A program made the position numbers and the translations under genes. Below, piece after piece: positions 32,423 to 41,074 of a DNA stretch of 64,000 nt. Each line of letters opens with the position of its first letter. The stretch's first letter is position 1. The DNA lies in assembly GCA_963748815.1 (NCBI GenBank), contig CAVVKJ010000010.1, positions 1,056,001-1,120,000 of the forward strand, read 5' to 3'. Below the pieces are notes generated by a model, which had not been told where the DNA came from, made no database searches, and saw only the letters and a list, made by a program, of their open reading frames with translations. The DNA is from an uncultured Gemmatimonadales bacterium (lineage in GTDB: Bacteria; Gemmatimonadota; Gemmatimonadetes; Gemmatimonadales; GWC2-71-9).

Positions 32423-33372
32423 CCTATCGCGAGCCGGACCTCTCGAAGATTCGCACCGTGCCGGTGGCGAACCGCGCCAACAAGGTGGAGCCGGCGTCGC
32501 TGGCGCACCCGCCGTCGGGCGAGCGCTCGTTCCGCGCGTTCCTCGACAGCCTCCCCGACGTGCTCGCCGTGCGGGATCTCCGCACGGCGGCTGATGCGGT
32601 GGTCAGCGCCACACGGGCCAGGAAGGGCGTCGTCCTCCTCCTCGGCGGCCACGTGATCAAGGTCGGCCTTGGTCCGCTCGTGGGCGACTGGATCCGGCGC
32701 GGCGTCGTCACCCACGTGGCGATGAACGGCGCCGCCGCCATCCACGACTTCGAACTCGCCGCCTATGGCGGGACGAGTGAGGATGTCGCCGCCGGACTCG
32801 GCGACGGCACATTCGGGATGGCGGAGGAGACCGGCCGCGACATGAACGCCGCCATTGCCGCCGCCGCATCCGCCGGGCTCGGGATGGGCGAGGGCCTTGC
32901 CGACCACCTCGCCACGCTGCCGTCGCGCCCGGGCGAGGAGGTGTCCGTCCTCCTCGCCTGCCGCCGCCACGGCGTGCCGGTCACCGTCCACACCGCCGTC
33001 GGCGCCGAGATCATCCACCAGCACCCCGCGGCGGATGGTGCGGCCATGGGCGCCACCAGCCACCGCGACTTCCTGCGGCTGGCCGGGTCGCTGCCGTCCA
33101 TCGACCAGGGCGGCGTGGTGATGAACTGGGGGAGCGCGGTCATTATGCCTGAAGTGTTCCTGAAGGCGCTGACCATCGCGCGGAACCTCGGGAACGGGAA
33201 ACCGACGCACTTCCTGGCGGCCGACTTCGACATGCAGCGCCACTACCGCCCGCGCGTGAACGTGGTCCAGCGGCCGACGCTGGCCGGCGGAACGGGCATT
33301 CAAATCACGGGACATCACGAACTGATGTTTCCGCTCTTGTATTGGGCGGTGCTGGAACAGCTCGGGGCGTGA
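32419..33372 (+). CDS. Conserved protein with deoxyhypusine-synthase-like fold
   Basis: GGHVIKVGL, AMNGA.AIHDFE, TSEDV, FGMA.ETG, GSAV.MPEVFLKA, HYRP..NVV.RP, GHHE.M.P. Confidence 0.75.
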   Translation: MTYREPDLSKIRTVPVANRANKVEPASLAHPPSGERSFRAFLDSLPDVLAVRDLRTAADAVVSATRARKGVVLLLGGHVIKVGLGPLVGDWIRRGVVTHVAMNGAAAIHDFELAAYGGTSEDVAAGLGDGTFGMAEETGRDMNAAIAAAASAGLGMGEGLADHLATLPSRPGEEVSVLLACRRHGVPVTVHTAVGAEIIHQHPAADGAAMGATSHRDFLRLAGSLPSIDQGGVVMNWGSAVIMPEVFLKALTIARNLGNGKPTHFLAADFDMQRHYRPRVNVVQRPTLAGGTGIQITGHHELMFPLLYWAVLEQLGA

Positions 33373-33448
33373 TTGGGGCGGGTGCCAAACGCAGAACGCG
33401 CCCGGGAGCACCGGGCGCGTCAGGACCTGAGGGAGTGTGGACTCGAGA

Positions 33449-33664
33449 TCAGGCGGCGGGCTTGCCTGAAATCGTCTCCTTGACCTTGTCTGCCGTGCTG
33501 GGGCTGAACACCCGCAGGACGAGATAGATGATGAAGCCCCAGAAGGCGAAGTAGATGATGGTGCCGACGAGACTCAGGACGACGCCGAACACCGAACCGA
33601 GCAGCTTCAGGACGATCATGGCGATGACGGCAAACGCTGCGAAGCCTGTGATTGAGCGGATCAT
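33449..33664 (-). CDS. Small membrane protein
   Basis: 71 aa, two hydrophobic helices, SD-like GAAGGGG. Confidence 0.7.
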   Translation of the reverse strand: MIRSITGFAAFAVIAMIVLKLLGSVFGVVLSLVGTIIYFAFWGFIIYLVLRVFSPSTADKVKETISGKPAA

Positions 33665-33738
33665 TTGGACACCCCTTCAGGTTGACGGTCGTGGCACCAG
33701 TACGCCCGGATGTTTCAAAAAGTTTCGTGGAGCTGTAA

Positions 33739-34848
33739 GTGACTACTGTGTTTGATGTTATAGTCGTGGGAGGGGGCGCTGTCGGCGCCGCGTGCGCCAG
33801 GGAACTGGCTCGGGCGGGCCGGAGCGTGGCCTTCATGGACCCCGACGGAGACGAGGGTCAGGCCTGGCGCGCCGCCGCGGGAATGCTGGCGCCGGAGATC
33901 GAGACACGCGACAGCGATGACCCGACGGTGGCGCTGGGGGTGGCCGGCCGCGACCGCCTGGCCGTGCTGGCGGAGCGCCTGAAGGAATCGGTCGGAGTCG
34001 ACATCGGCCTCTGGCAGGAGGGGATCGCCCACGCCGCGTTCGACGAGGCCGAGGAGGCCAGGCTGCGGGCACAGGCGGCTCATCAGCGCCAGCAGTCGCT
34101 GCACGTGGACTGGCTCGATGCCGACGAGGCGAAGGCCCGCTGGCCCTGGCTCGGCCCGGCGCGCGGCGCCCTCTGGGCCCCGGCCGGCGGCGGGGTCGAT
34201 CCCCAGCGCCTGGTCGAGGCACTCCGCGCCGATGCGGTGCGGCTCGGCGCCACCCTGATCGCTGACCGCGCGGTGGCCATCGAGCGCCACGGCGACAAGA
34301 TCGCCGCGGTGCGCGGCACCGAACGCCACGCCGCCACCGACGTGGTCATCGCCGCCGGCGCCTGGTCGGGGCTGATCGAGGGACTCCCGCGCCCGCTCGC
34401 CGTGGCGCCGGTCCGCGGAGCGATGGCGGCGCTGCCCGCCCCGGACGGTGTCGGACGGTCGATCGTGTACGGGATGGGCGCCTACCTGATGGGGCGGGGC
34501 GACGAGGTCACGGTGGGCTCGACGATGGAATACGCGGGGTTCAAGAACGAGGTCACCGCAGCGGGCCTCGCCCGGATTTTCGCCGGCGCCAGCCAGCTCT
34601 GTCCGGCGCTGGCGCGTTCTCCGGTCATCCGGACCTGGTCCGGCCTCCGGCCGGTCTCCGCCGATGGGCTGCCCCTGCTCGGCCGGGACCCGTCGCTCCA
34701 GGGGCTCTGGTACGCGACCGGGCACGGCCGGAACGGGATTCTCCTCTCGGGAATTACCGGCGTGCTCATTCGCCAGTTGATCGTGGGAGAGCCTACCGTG
34801 ATCGAGGACCTCAGCGCGTTCGATCCCGGCAGGTTCTGGCAGTGGTGA
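33739..34848 (+). CDS. thiO: Glycine oxidase ThiO / DAO family FAD oxidoreductase
   Basis: VVGGGAVG, AAAGML, AAGAWS, PVRG, WSGLRP, ATGHGRNGILL. Confidence 0.85.
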   Translation: MTTVFDVIVVGGGAVGAACARELARAGRSVAFMDPDGDEGQAWRAAAGMLAPEIETRDSDDPTVALGVAGRDRLAVLAERLKESVGVDIGLWQEGIAHAAFDEAEEARLRAQAAHQRQQSLHVDWLDADEAKARWPWLGPARGALWAPAGGGVDPQRLVEALRADAVRLGATLIADRAVAIERHGDKIAAVRGTERHAATDVVIAAGAWSGLIEGLPRPLAVAPVRGAMAALPAPDGVGRSIVYGMGAYLMGRGDEVTVGSTMEYAGFKNEVTAAGLARIFAGASQLCPALARSPVIRTWSGLRPVSADGLPLLGRDPSLQGLWYATGHGRNGILLSGITGVLIRQLIVGEPTVIEDLSAFDPGRFWQW

Positions 34849-35666
34849 GGCCGACCGCCTCCGCCCTGCTCTTCCTGACCCTGGTGTCGGGCACCGTCGA
34901 GGCGCAGGGCTCGTCGCTCACCGTGGAGCGCCAGGCCTACGCGGAGTGGCTGACGACCGCGGTCACCTCGCCGCTCGCCGCGGTCGCCATGCAACGCCTG
35001 AGCGGCGTCGTCACCCTCGGTCCCGACACGGCGGACATTCCGCTTGTCGGTTTCGGCCCCGCCTCGGTGGCCGAGCGGAAGGGGACGGTCACCCTGACGG
35101 GCGCGGATGGGAAGAGCCGGGTGCTTCCCCGCGGGCGGCCGGTCGCGTTGGCTCCCTGGACCCTGCAGGTGCTCGGCGGCGGCAGCGGTCCGGTGCTGAT
35201 GGTCTACGGCAAGCCGGAGGGCGAAGTGCCCGGCTGGTACGGGATCGATCCAGCTCTCGTGTACACGGCGCCGCTGGAGGTGCCCGCGTCCCGGGAGCGG
35301 CGCCGGGTGCTGACGCTCGATGGAATCGACGTGGAGGCCGAGACCGCCGGCCACCTGTCCGTGCCCATCGGGGGCGTCACCGCGCGACTCCTCGTCCTGC
35401 GGATGCCGGTCCCCGGGACGGAAGAGACGGAGCTGCAGGTGTATTTCCGCGACGCGACCAACGACCGCGGCACCTATCCCGCCGGGCGATTCGTGGAGGT
35501 GACGCGCACCGCCGCCGGGACCTACAAGATCGACTTCAACCGGGCGCGAAACCCGTTCTGCGCCTACAGCTCGGTCTATCCCTGCCCGGTTCCCTGGTCG
35601 GGCAACAGCCTCTCCGTCCCGGTCGCGGCGGGCGAGAAATACCTGCCCTCCAAGCCCGGGAGCTGA
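34842..35666 (+). CDS. DUF1684 family exported protein
   Basis: FRDATN...TYPAGRF, IDFNRARNPFCAYS..YPCP.P...N.L...V.AGEK. Confidence 0.9.
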   Translation: MVRPTASALLFLTLVSGTVEAQGSSLTVERQAYAEWLTTAVTSPLAAVAMQRLSGVVTLGPDTADIPLVGFGPASVAERKGTVTLTGADGKSRVLPRGRPVALAPWTLQVLGGGSGPVLMVYGKPEGEVPGWYGIDPALVYTAPLEVPASRERRRVLTLDGIDVEAETAGHLSVPIGGVTARLLVLRMPVPGTEETELQVYFRDATNDRGTYPAGRFVEVTRTAAGTYKIDFNRARNPFCAYSSVYPCPVPWSGNSLSVPVAAGEKYLPSKPGS

Positions 35667-35679
35667 CCTGACTTCTCTC

Positions 35680-36849
35680 ATGGCGCTGTTGCTCGCCGCC
35701 CTCCTGCCCGTTGCGCCCCCGCTCACTGGCCCCTGGCGGGCGGCGCTGGACCTCGCCGGTGGTACGCTGCGCTTTTCCATCCAGGTGGACGGCGGCACCC
35801 CAACCACTGCGCGGCTTTGCAACGGCTCGTATTGTGAACCGTTCTCCGCGGTACAGACATCCGGCGACACCGTGCTCTTCGAAATCGGCGACTACGCCGC
35901 CTCCATCCGGGCCGTCTGGCAAGGCGACTCGCTGGTGGGGGCCTACTCGAACGTCGGCAACCGGGGGCCGAGGACCATTCCCTTTCGGGCTGCCCGGGGC
36001 ACCTGGCCTGCAAGGCCCGCCCCGGCCGAACTGATCGGCACCTGGGACGCCTGGTTTGGGTCGGAAGGTCGGCTGTCCCCCCGCGTGCTCGAGCTGGGCA
36101 ATGGCCCGCTCGGCCTCCAGGCGACGGTGCTCTCCAACTCCGGCGACTACGGGGCGTTCTGGGGCGGGGCCGCCGGGCGTGACTTCTCGGTCGGCCATTT
36201 CGACGGTTCGTTCATCTACATGCTCACGGGAGCGGTGGTGGGGGACACCATCGTCGGAGTCTTCCATGCGGGGCTCCGGAGCCAGACGCCTTTTACCGCC
36301 ACCAGGAGTTCGGGGGCTCCGCACCTGAAGCCGCCCACGGAGGTCACCACCGCCGATACCACCGCTCCTTTCGAGTTTGCGTTCCCGAACCTCGATGGGA
36401 CCATCGTGACCAACGAGGACCCGCGGTTCCAGGGCAAGATCGTGATGGTCGACATCTTCGGGACCTGGTGCCCCAACTGCCAGGACGCCGCCCCGACGCT
36501 GGTCGAGCTCTACAACGCCTACCACGCCCGGGGGTTCGAGGTGGTGAGCCTGGCCTACGAGGTGACCGGCGACCCGGAGGTGGACGGGGTCCTGGTCCGG
36601 CGGTTTCGCGACAAGTTCGGCATCCCCTGGCCGATCCTCCTGGCAGGAGTCAACGAGAGCGAACTCACAGCGGCTACCCTGCCCCAGCTGGAGGGCTTTA
36701 CAGCCTACCCAACCCTTCTCTTTCTGGACCGGACCGGCCGGGTGCGGAAGATCCACGCCGGGTTCTACGGACCGGCCACCGGCGCCCAGTACACGAAACT
36801 CAAGGCCGACCTCCACTCGTACGTCGAGGAGCTGCTGGCCGGGAACTAG
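35680..36849 (+). CDS. TlpA-like thiol:disulfide oxidoreductase with N-terminal beta domain
   Basis: FGTWCPNC, AYPT..F.DR.G.VR.IH.GF. Confidence 0.88.
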   Translation: MALLLAALLPVAPPLTGPWRAALDLAGGTLRFSIQVDGGTPTTARLCNGSYCEPFSAVQTSGDTVLFEIGDYAASIRAVWQGDSLVGAYSNVGNRGPRTIPFRAARGTWPARPAPAELIGTWDAWFGSEGRLSPRVLELGNGPLGLQATVLSNSGDYGAFWGGAAGRDFSVGHFDGSFIYMLTGAVVGDTIVGVFHAGLRSQTPFTATRSSGAPHLKPPTEVTTADTTAPFEFAFPNLDGTIVTNEDPRFQGKIVMVDIFGTWCPNCQDAAPTLVELYNAYHARGFEVVSLAYEVTGDPEVDGVLVRRFRDKFGIPWPILLAGVNESELTAATLPQLEGFTAYPTLLFLDRTGRVRKIHAGFYGPATGAQYTKLKADLHSYVEELLAGN

Positions 36850-36919
36850 AGACGGCCCATTTTCAGACCGGACATCCTACTTGAGGTCTCGGTGTCTAAA
36901 TCCCTACCACCACTACCGG

Positions 36920-36928
36920 TTATCCACA
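36920..36928 (+). promoter_or_regulatory. Single perfect DnaA box
   Basis: TTATCCACA in the intergenic region upstream of the beta-barrel array. Confidence 0.35.
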
Positions 36929-37037
36929 TGCAGACCCTTGCGCTTTTGGGGGGAATTGCCCATCGTGGTACCGCTCGAATTGACCTCGGGGCGTTTGTCG
37001 TCCCCCAAAACTGAGATTCCCGGAGAGGGCGGTACGT

Positions 37038-37622
37038 ATGACCAGCAGGATTCGTGGGGTCGTCTTTGCGATCGGTTTCGGGCTCTTCCTTGCCAGTTCC
37101 GCCTCGGCCCAGCTGGCCGTCGGGCTCACCGGTGGCGTCAATTCGGCCACCCTGTCGGGAAGCGACGCCGACGCAATCGATGTCAGTTCCAAGACCGGCG
37201 GGGCCGGCGGGCTCTACGCCAACATCTACCTCGGGAGCCGGTTTTCGGCCGAGGGACAGCTCCTCTTCCAGGGGCAGGGATTTACGGGGACTGACTCGAC
37301 CACGGGCGACATCGACGTGGCGCAGGGCTACATCGTGTTCCCCATGCTGCTCAAGGTCTATTTTGGCCACCTGAATGTCTTCCTCGGGCCGGCCATCAGC
37401 TGGGAAGTCAGCTGCACGGCGAGCTCCACGGGCGCGTCCGGCGAATGTGATGCTTCGAAATCCAGCCTCTGGAGCGGCATTGCCGGTCTGGGCGTCCAGT
37501 TCGGACGGCTCGGCGTGGAGGCGCATTACCAGTCCGGCTTCAGTGACACCTTCGACAACGTCAATGCATCCTACGGCGTCTGGTCCCTGATGGGCCGATT
37601 CGCCATTTTGGGAAGTCGCTAG
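37038..37622 (+). CDS. Outer-membrane beta-barrel protein, PorT/OMP_b-brl_2-like, copy 1
   Basis: Signal peptide ASA-Q, GGVNSATL, Y..FP.LLK, GPAISWEVSC..C, amphipathic strands. Confidence 0.8.
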   Translation: MTSRIRGVVFAIGFGLFLASSASAQLAVGLTGGVNSATLSGSDADAIDVSSKTGGAGGLYANIYLGSRFSAEGQLLFQGQGFTGTDSTTGDIDVAQGYIVFPMLLKVYFGHLNVFLGPAISWEVSCTASSTGASGECDASKSSLWSGIAGLGVQFGRLGVEAHYQSGFSDTFDNVNASYGVWSLMGRFAILGSR

Positions 37623-37751
37623 CCGGCCCTGGTGGCCAAGGCCTGTTCATTCCTCCTTCACGGGAGGTTCATGATTCGACACGCATTCTACGCGGTTGGC
37701 AGCGCTGGACCATTGTCGTTGGACCGAACCTCACCAGCCAAGGAGACAGCA

Positions 37752-38425
37752 ATGCGCAAGTTATTCCGGGTGACGGGTGTCACGGCATTGGCGCTTGGCG
37801 CGCTGAGCCTCGGTGCCGAGGCGCAAGAGAAGCAGGTTGGCCTGGTGCTAGGAGCCAACTTCGCGACCCTCAATGTTGGCTCTGGCGTGGACTTCTCCAC
37901 GGGCCTCGGAACTCGGACCGGATTCGTTGGCGGGATATTTGTCTCCATCCCGGTGGGGGACGGCGGAGTCTCGATCGAGCCTGAGGTGCTTTACATCTAT
38001 GCAGGGCGCCACATACGACAATGCAGCTTACGACGGCACGCTACGCCGTTGACTACATCAAGGTCCCCATTCTCGTCAAATGGTCCGCGAATCCCGGTGG
38101 CAAGGGGATTTACATCCTGCTGGGACCGACCGTCGGCTTCAATGTGAGCTGCAACGACTCGGGCGACAGCAAAGGCGACGAGTGCCAGCTCGTACGACGG
38201 CACATGCGAAGAGGAGTCCTACTTCAAGGCGAAGACTACCTTCAGTGGGGACCTCGGGCTCGGCTACACCTTTGGCCGATTTGGGCTCGAGGGGCGATAC
38301 ACCTTCGACTGGGGCGATGCCTTCGAGAAGACTTCCGGCGATCCTAACACCGGGGCCGTTCGGCTGGCACGAGTCTGGATGTGAAGAACAGTGTATTCCA
38401 ACTGCTGGTCCGGGTGACGAAGTAG
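37752..38425 (+). CDS. Outer-membrane beta-barrel protein, copy 2 (several frameshifts)
   Basis: SD AGGAG; segments GANFATL, IEPEVLY, DYIKVPILVK, GPTVGFNVSC, GLEGRY.FD, KNSVFQLLVR recovered across frames. Confidence 0.75.
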
Positions 38426-38511
38426 CTCGTCCACCCTGTGGTTGCGCGATGGTCAGGGCTGGATCGCCTCCCAGGGGCCACTCCTACGGGGCATGAGTAT
38501 GCCCTAGGGTA

Positions 38512-38526
38512 TGGCGCGGACTTTGC
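38512..38526 (+). promoter_or_regulatory. Putative sigma54 (-24/-12) promoter of beta-barrel copy 3
   Basis: TGGCGCGGACTTTGC = TGGC-N7-TTGC with exact GG-N10-GC spacing. Confidence 0.55.
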
Positions 38527-38603
38527 CGGGAAAGCGCTGGCTTGGTCACTTCGGTGACGGTCGTTCCCTCAGTTCCTTACCACTCGTCAATTCGGAGATT
38601 GCA

Positions 38604-39234
38604 ATGCGCAAGTTTATCCGGAATTCGGCCTTGGTGGCCATCGCCCTCAGCGCCACCGCGCTCACTGCGCAGGCGCAGGAGAAAGCAACGGAACTCACAG
38701 TTGGGGTGCTCGGATTCTCGTCCACATCCTGAGCGGCTGCGATACCCTGACTCGTTTAAGACAGGAGGCTCCGACAATTACATCGCTTCGGGGCCACTGG
38801 TGGCGCCTATTTCGCCGCGGGTTTTTACCTTTCTCCAGGCATGGCGATCGAGCCAACTCTGTCGTTTGCCTACCTCGGTGCGAGCTTTGACGATCCGCTT
38901 CAGGATCTTAACGTCACACACGTTCAGCTTCACCCTCGGAGTTGCTCTACCGTACTACTTCAGCAAGGGGTGGGGTCGAAAGGGAGCATACCTCGCGCCA
39001 CGGGTGTCTTGGACGTCTACTTCGACCAAGCCGTGCGACAGATGACCCGATCTCGACTCATATTCCGCCAGCCAGTCGGGCTCGGAATCGGATTGGGCAC
39101 CAAGGTTCCCCTTGTTACGGACATCGTCGCCCTCAGAATCCAAGGGTCGTTTGATTACGGATTCGAAAACGACGACCTGGCCAGCTCGACTTCGCTTCGG
39201 GGCCTCCCTCGGCCTGTCGGTGTTCCTCCCGTAG
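38604..39234 (+). CDS. Outer-membrane beta-barrel protein, copy 3 (divergent type; several frameshifts)
   Basis: SD GGAG; MRKFIR..AQA-Q signal; GFYLSPGMAIEPTLSF, LGVALPYYF, GLGTKVP, FGASLGLSVFLP* across frames. Confidence 0.7.
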
Positions 39235-39257
39235 CGCGCCCCGGGCGTTAGCATGAG

Positions 39258-39293
39258 ACGGGTCCCCGGGAAGTATTCCCGAGGACCCGTTTT
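39258..39293 (+). terminator. Intrinsic terminator after copy 3
   Basis: ACGGGTCCCCGGGA...TCCCGAGGACCCGT-TTT. Confidence 0.7.
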
Positions 39294-39343
39294 GCATCCC
39301 GTGGCTCGCACCGACGTGGTTGAGCACGACTTTGCCGGGTACT

Positions 39344-39359
39344 TGGCTTGGCCTTTGCA
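39344..39359 (+). promoter_or_regulatory. Putative sigma54 (-24/-12) promoter of beta-barrel copy 4
   Basis: TGGCTTGGCCTTTGCA, exact GG-N10-GC spacing, 50 nt upstream of ATG. Confidence 0.55.
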
Positions 39360-39408
39360 GCACAAGCTCGCTCCTTGCTGACATCCAACGGAGTACTGGA
39401 GGAGTTCG

Positions 39409-40080
39409 ATGCGCAAATTGATTCGGGCCGTTGCCCTCGTGACGATGGCCGCCACCACCCTGTCGCTCCCTGCGGAGGCCCAAAGCAAGAACTTCATCGG
39501 CATCATCGCCGGCGTAGACTTCTCCTCCTTCACTGGTTCGCTTTCCTCCGCATTCTACATTGTGGACGAGAGCGGAAGTGAAGCAGATTTCTATGACCAA
39601 CAGAGCACGACCGGATTCATCGGCGGAATCTTCGTGGACCTGCCGATTGGGCAATCCCTGATCCTCGAGCCTTCCTTGCTTTTTGCCCAGAAGGGTGCCG
39701 ATTACAATGTGGATATCTATGACAGTTTCGGCGACTTTGTGGGCAGCGGCAGACTGACCGGGAACCTGGATTACCTCAGCGTCCCCCTCCTCCTGCGGTA
39801 CAATTTCCAGGCGGATGGCGGCGTCTACGGCCTGATCGGCCCGGAAGTCTCGTTCAACCTCTCCTGTACCCTCAAGGGAGCGGGCGGGAGTATCGATTGC
39901 TCGGACGACCTCGGCCTGGAGCCGACCACGACCTTCGGAGGGGTAGCCGGGCTGGGATACCAGAAGGGCCCCGTCGGGATTGAAGGCCGATATGATTTCG
40001 ACTTTGGCAACGCATTCAGCAATGTCGACGGCCTGAAGAACAGCGCGTGGGAGTTGATGCTAAGGTACCAATTCAGGTAA
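39409..40080 (+). CDS. Outer-membrane beta-barrel protein, copy 4
   Basis: SD GGAGG; AEA-Q signal, AGVDFS, LEPSLLFAQKG, LDYLSVPLLLRY, GPEVSFNLSC..C, KNSAWELMLRYQF. Confidence 0.87.
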   Translation: MRKLIRAVALVTMAATTLSLPAEAQSKNFIGIIAGVDFSSFTGSLSSAFYIVDESGSEADFYDQQSTTGFIGGIFVDLPIGQSLILEPSLLFAQKGADYNVDIYDSFGDFVGSGRLTGNLDYLSVPLLLRYNFQADGGVYGLIGPEVSFNLSCTLKGAGGSIDCSDDLGLEPTTTFGGVAGLGYQKGPVGIEGRYDFDFGNAFSNVDGLKNSAWELMLRYQFR

Positions 40081-40106
40081 TCTCGGCGTATCCCGCCTCC
40101 CCCGCT

Positions 40107-40140
40107 GACGGCCCCCCGGGAATACCCGGGGGGTCGTTCT
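40107..40140 (+). terminator. Intrinsic terminator after copy 4
   Basis: GACGGCCCCCCGGG-AATA-CCCGGGGGGTCGTT-CT. Confidence 0.65.
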
Positions 40141-40250
40141 GCATCTTGCGGCGGTTGGTCAGAGCCCAGTGTCTGGCGAAACCGGCCAGCCGACGATATC
40201 GTGGTACCAATTTCCATCCCACCACCCGCCGCGACACCCTGGAGGATTCC

Positions 40251-40856
40251 CTGCACACTCCCGCCGCCCGACTCTGTGTCCTTGCCGGCCTCATCGTCGC
40301 AGTGTCCGCTACCGCCTCTGCCCAGGGGACCCGTCGGATCGGCGTGCTGGCCGGAGTCGACTACTCCACGCTGACCGGCGACGCATCGTCTGGCAGCAAG
40401 ACCCGCATCGGCTTCATGGGGGGCCTGTTCGGTGCGTTGCCACTCGGGGAACGGATCGAGCTGGAGGTCGAAGCGCTGTATGCCATGAAGGGGACAGATT
40501 GGCAGGACGTCCAGGAATCGGGCACGATTGCCCTGGACTACTTCGAGGTGCCGATCCTCCTCCGCTACAGCCCGGAGGTTGCGGAGGGTTTCTACGGGCT
40601 GGGCGGCCCCACCTTCAGCTTCAACGTGTCGTGCCACGAGTCGGTCCCCTCCGATCCGTCCGCTCCCTGTGCCGACGGCACCTTGCGCCCGCAGACCACG
40701 ATCGGCGGCGTGCTCGGCGCGGGCTTCAAGAAGTCGTTCATCGGGGCGGAAGCGCGCATCGACTTCGACCTCAGCGATCCCCTCCAGAACGAGAACGGCG
40801 TCGGCATCGCGGTCAGGAACCGCGTCGTGGCGCTGCTGCTTCGGGTAGGCACGTAG
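40251..40856 (+). CDS. Outer-membrane beta-barrel protein, copy 5 (probable CTG start)
   Basis: SD GGAGG just upstream of an in-frame CTG; ASA-Q signal, AGVDYSTL, EALYAMKG, LDYFEVPILLRY, GPTFSFNVSC..C. Confidence 0.8.
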   Translation: MHTPAARLCVLAGLIVAVSATASAQGTRRIGVLAGVDYSTLTGDASSGSKTRIGFMGGLFGALPLGERIELEVEALYAMKGTDWQDVQESGTIALDYFEVPILLRYSPEVAEGFYGLGGPTFSFNVSCHESVPSDPSAPCADGTLRPQTTIGGVLGAGFKKSFIGAEARIDFDLSDPLQNENGVGIAVRNRVVALLLRVGT

Positions 40857-41074
40857 GGCGGGAGTCGTCCAATTCAGGCCGCCGAGAAGGCCGAGGAATC
40901 GAACTCCCCAATTCGGTCCGCCATCGCAGATCTGGGCATCCCCCGCCCGAATCCCGCCCGGACTGGTCGAGAATCCCGCCCCCCTTCCCCATCGCCGAGT
41001 CTGGCCGTACTATCCATCCGTTCCGGCGGCTCAGCTGACGGTTTCGACGGCACTTCCTCAACCCTGAGGCACCC

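Noticed and set aside
36850..37037. Replication origin
   Set aside because: Only one DnaA box, no clear unwinding element and no dnaA/dnaN/gid context.
38364..38378. TGGCACG-AGTC-TGGA as a sigma54 promoter
   Set aside because: Lacks the -12 GC and lies within coding sequence of beta-barrel copy 2.
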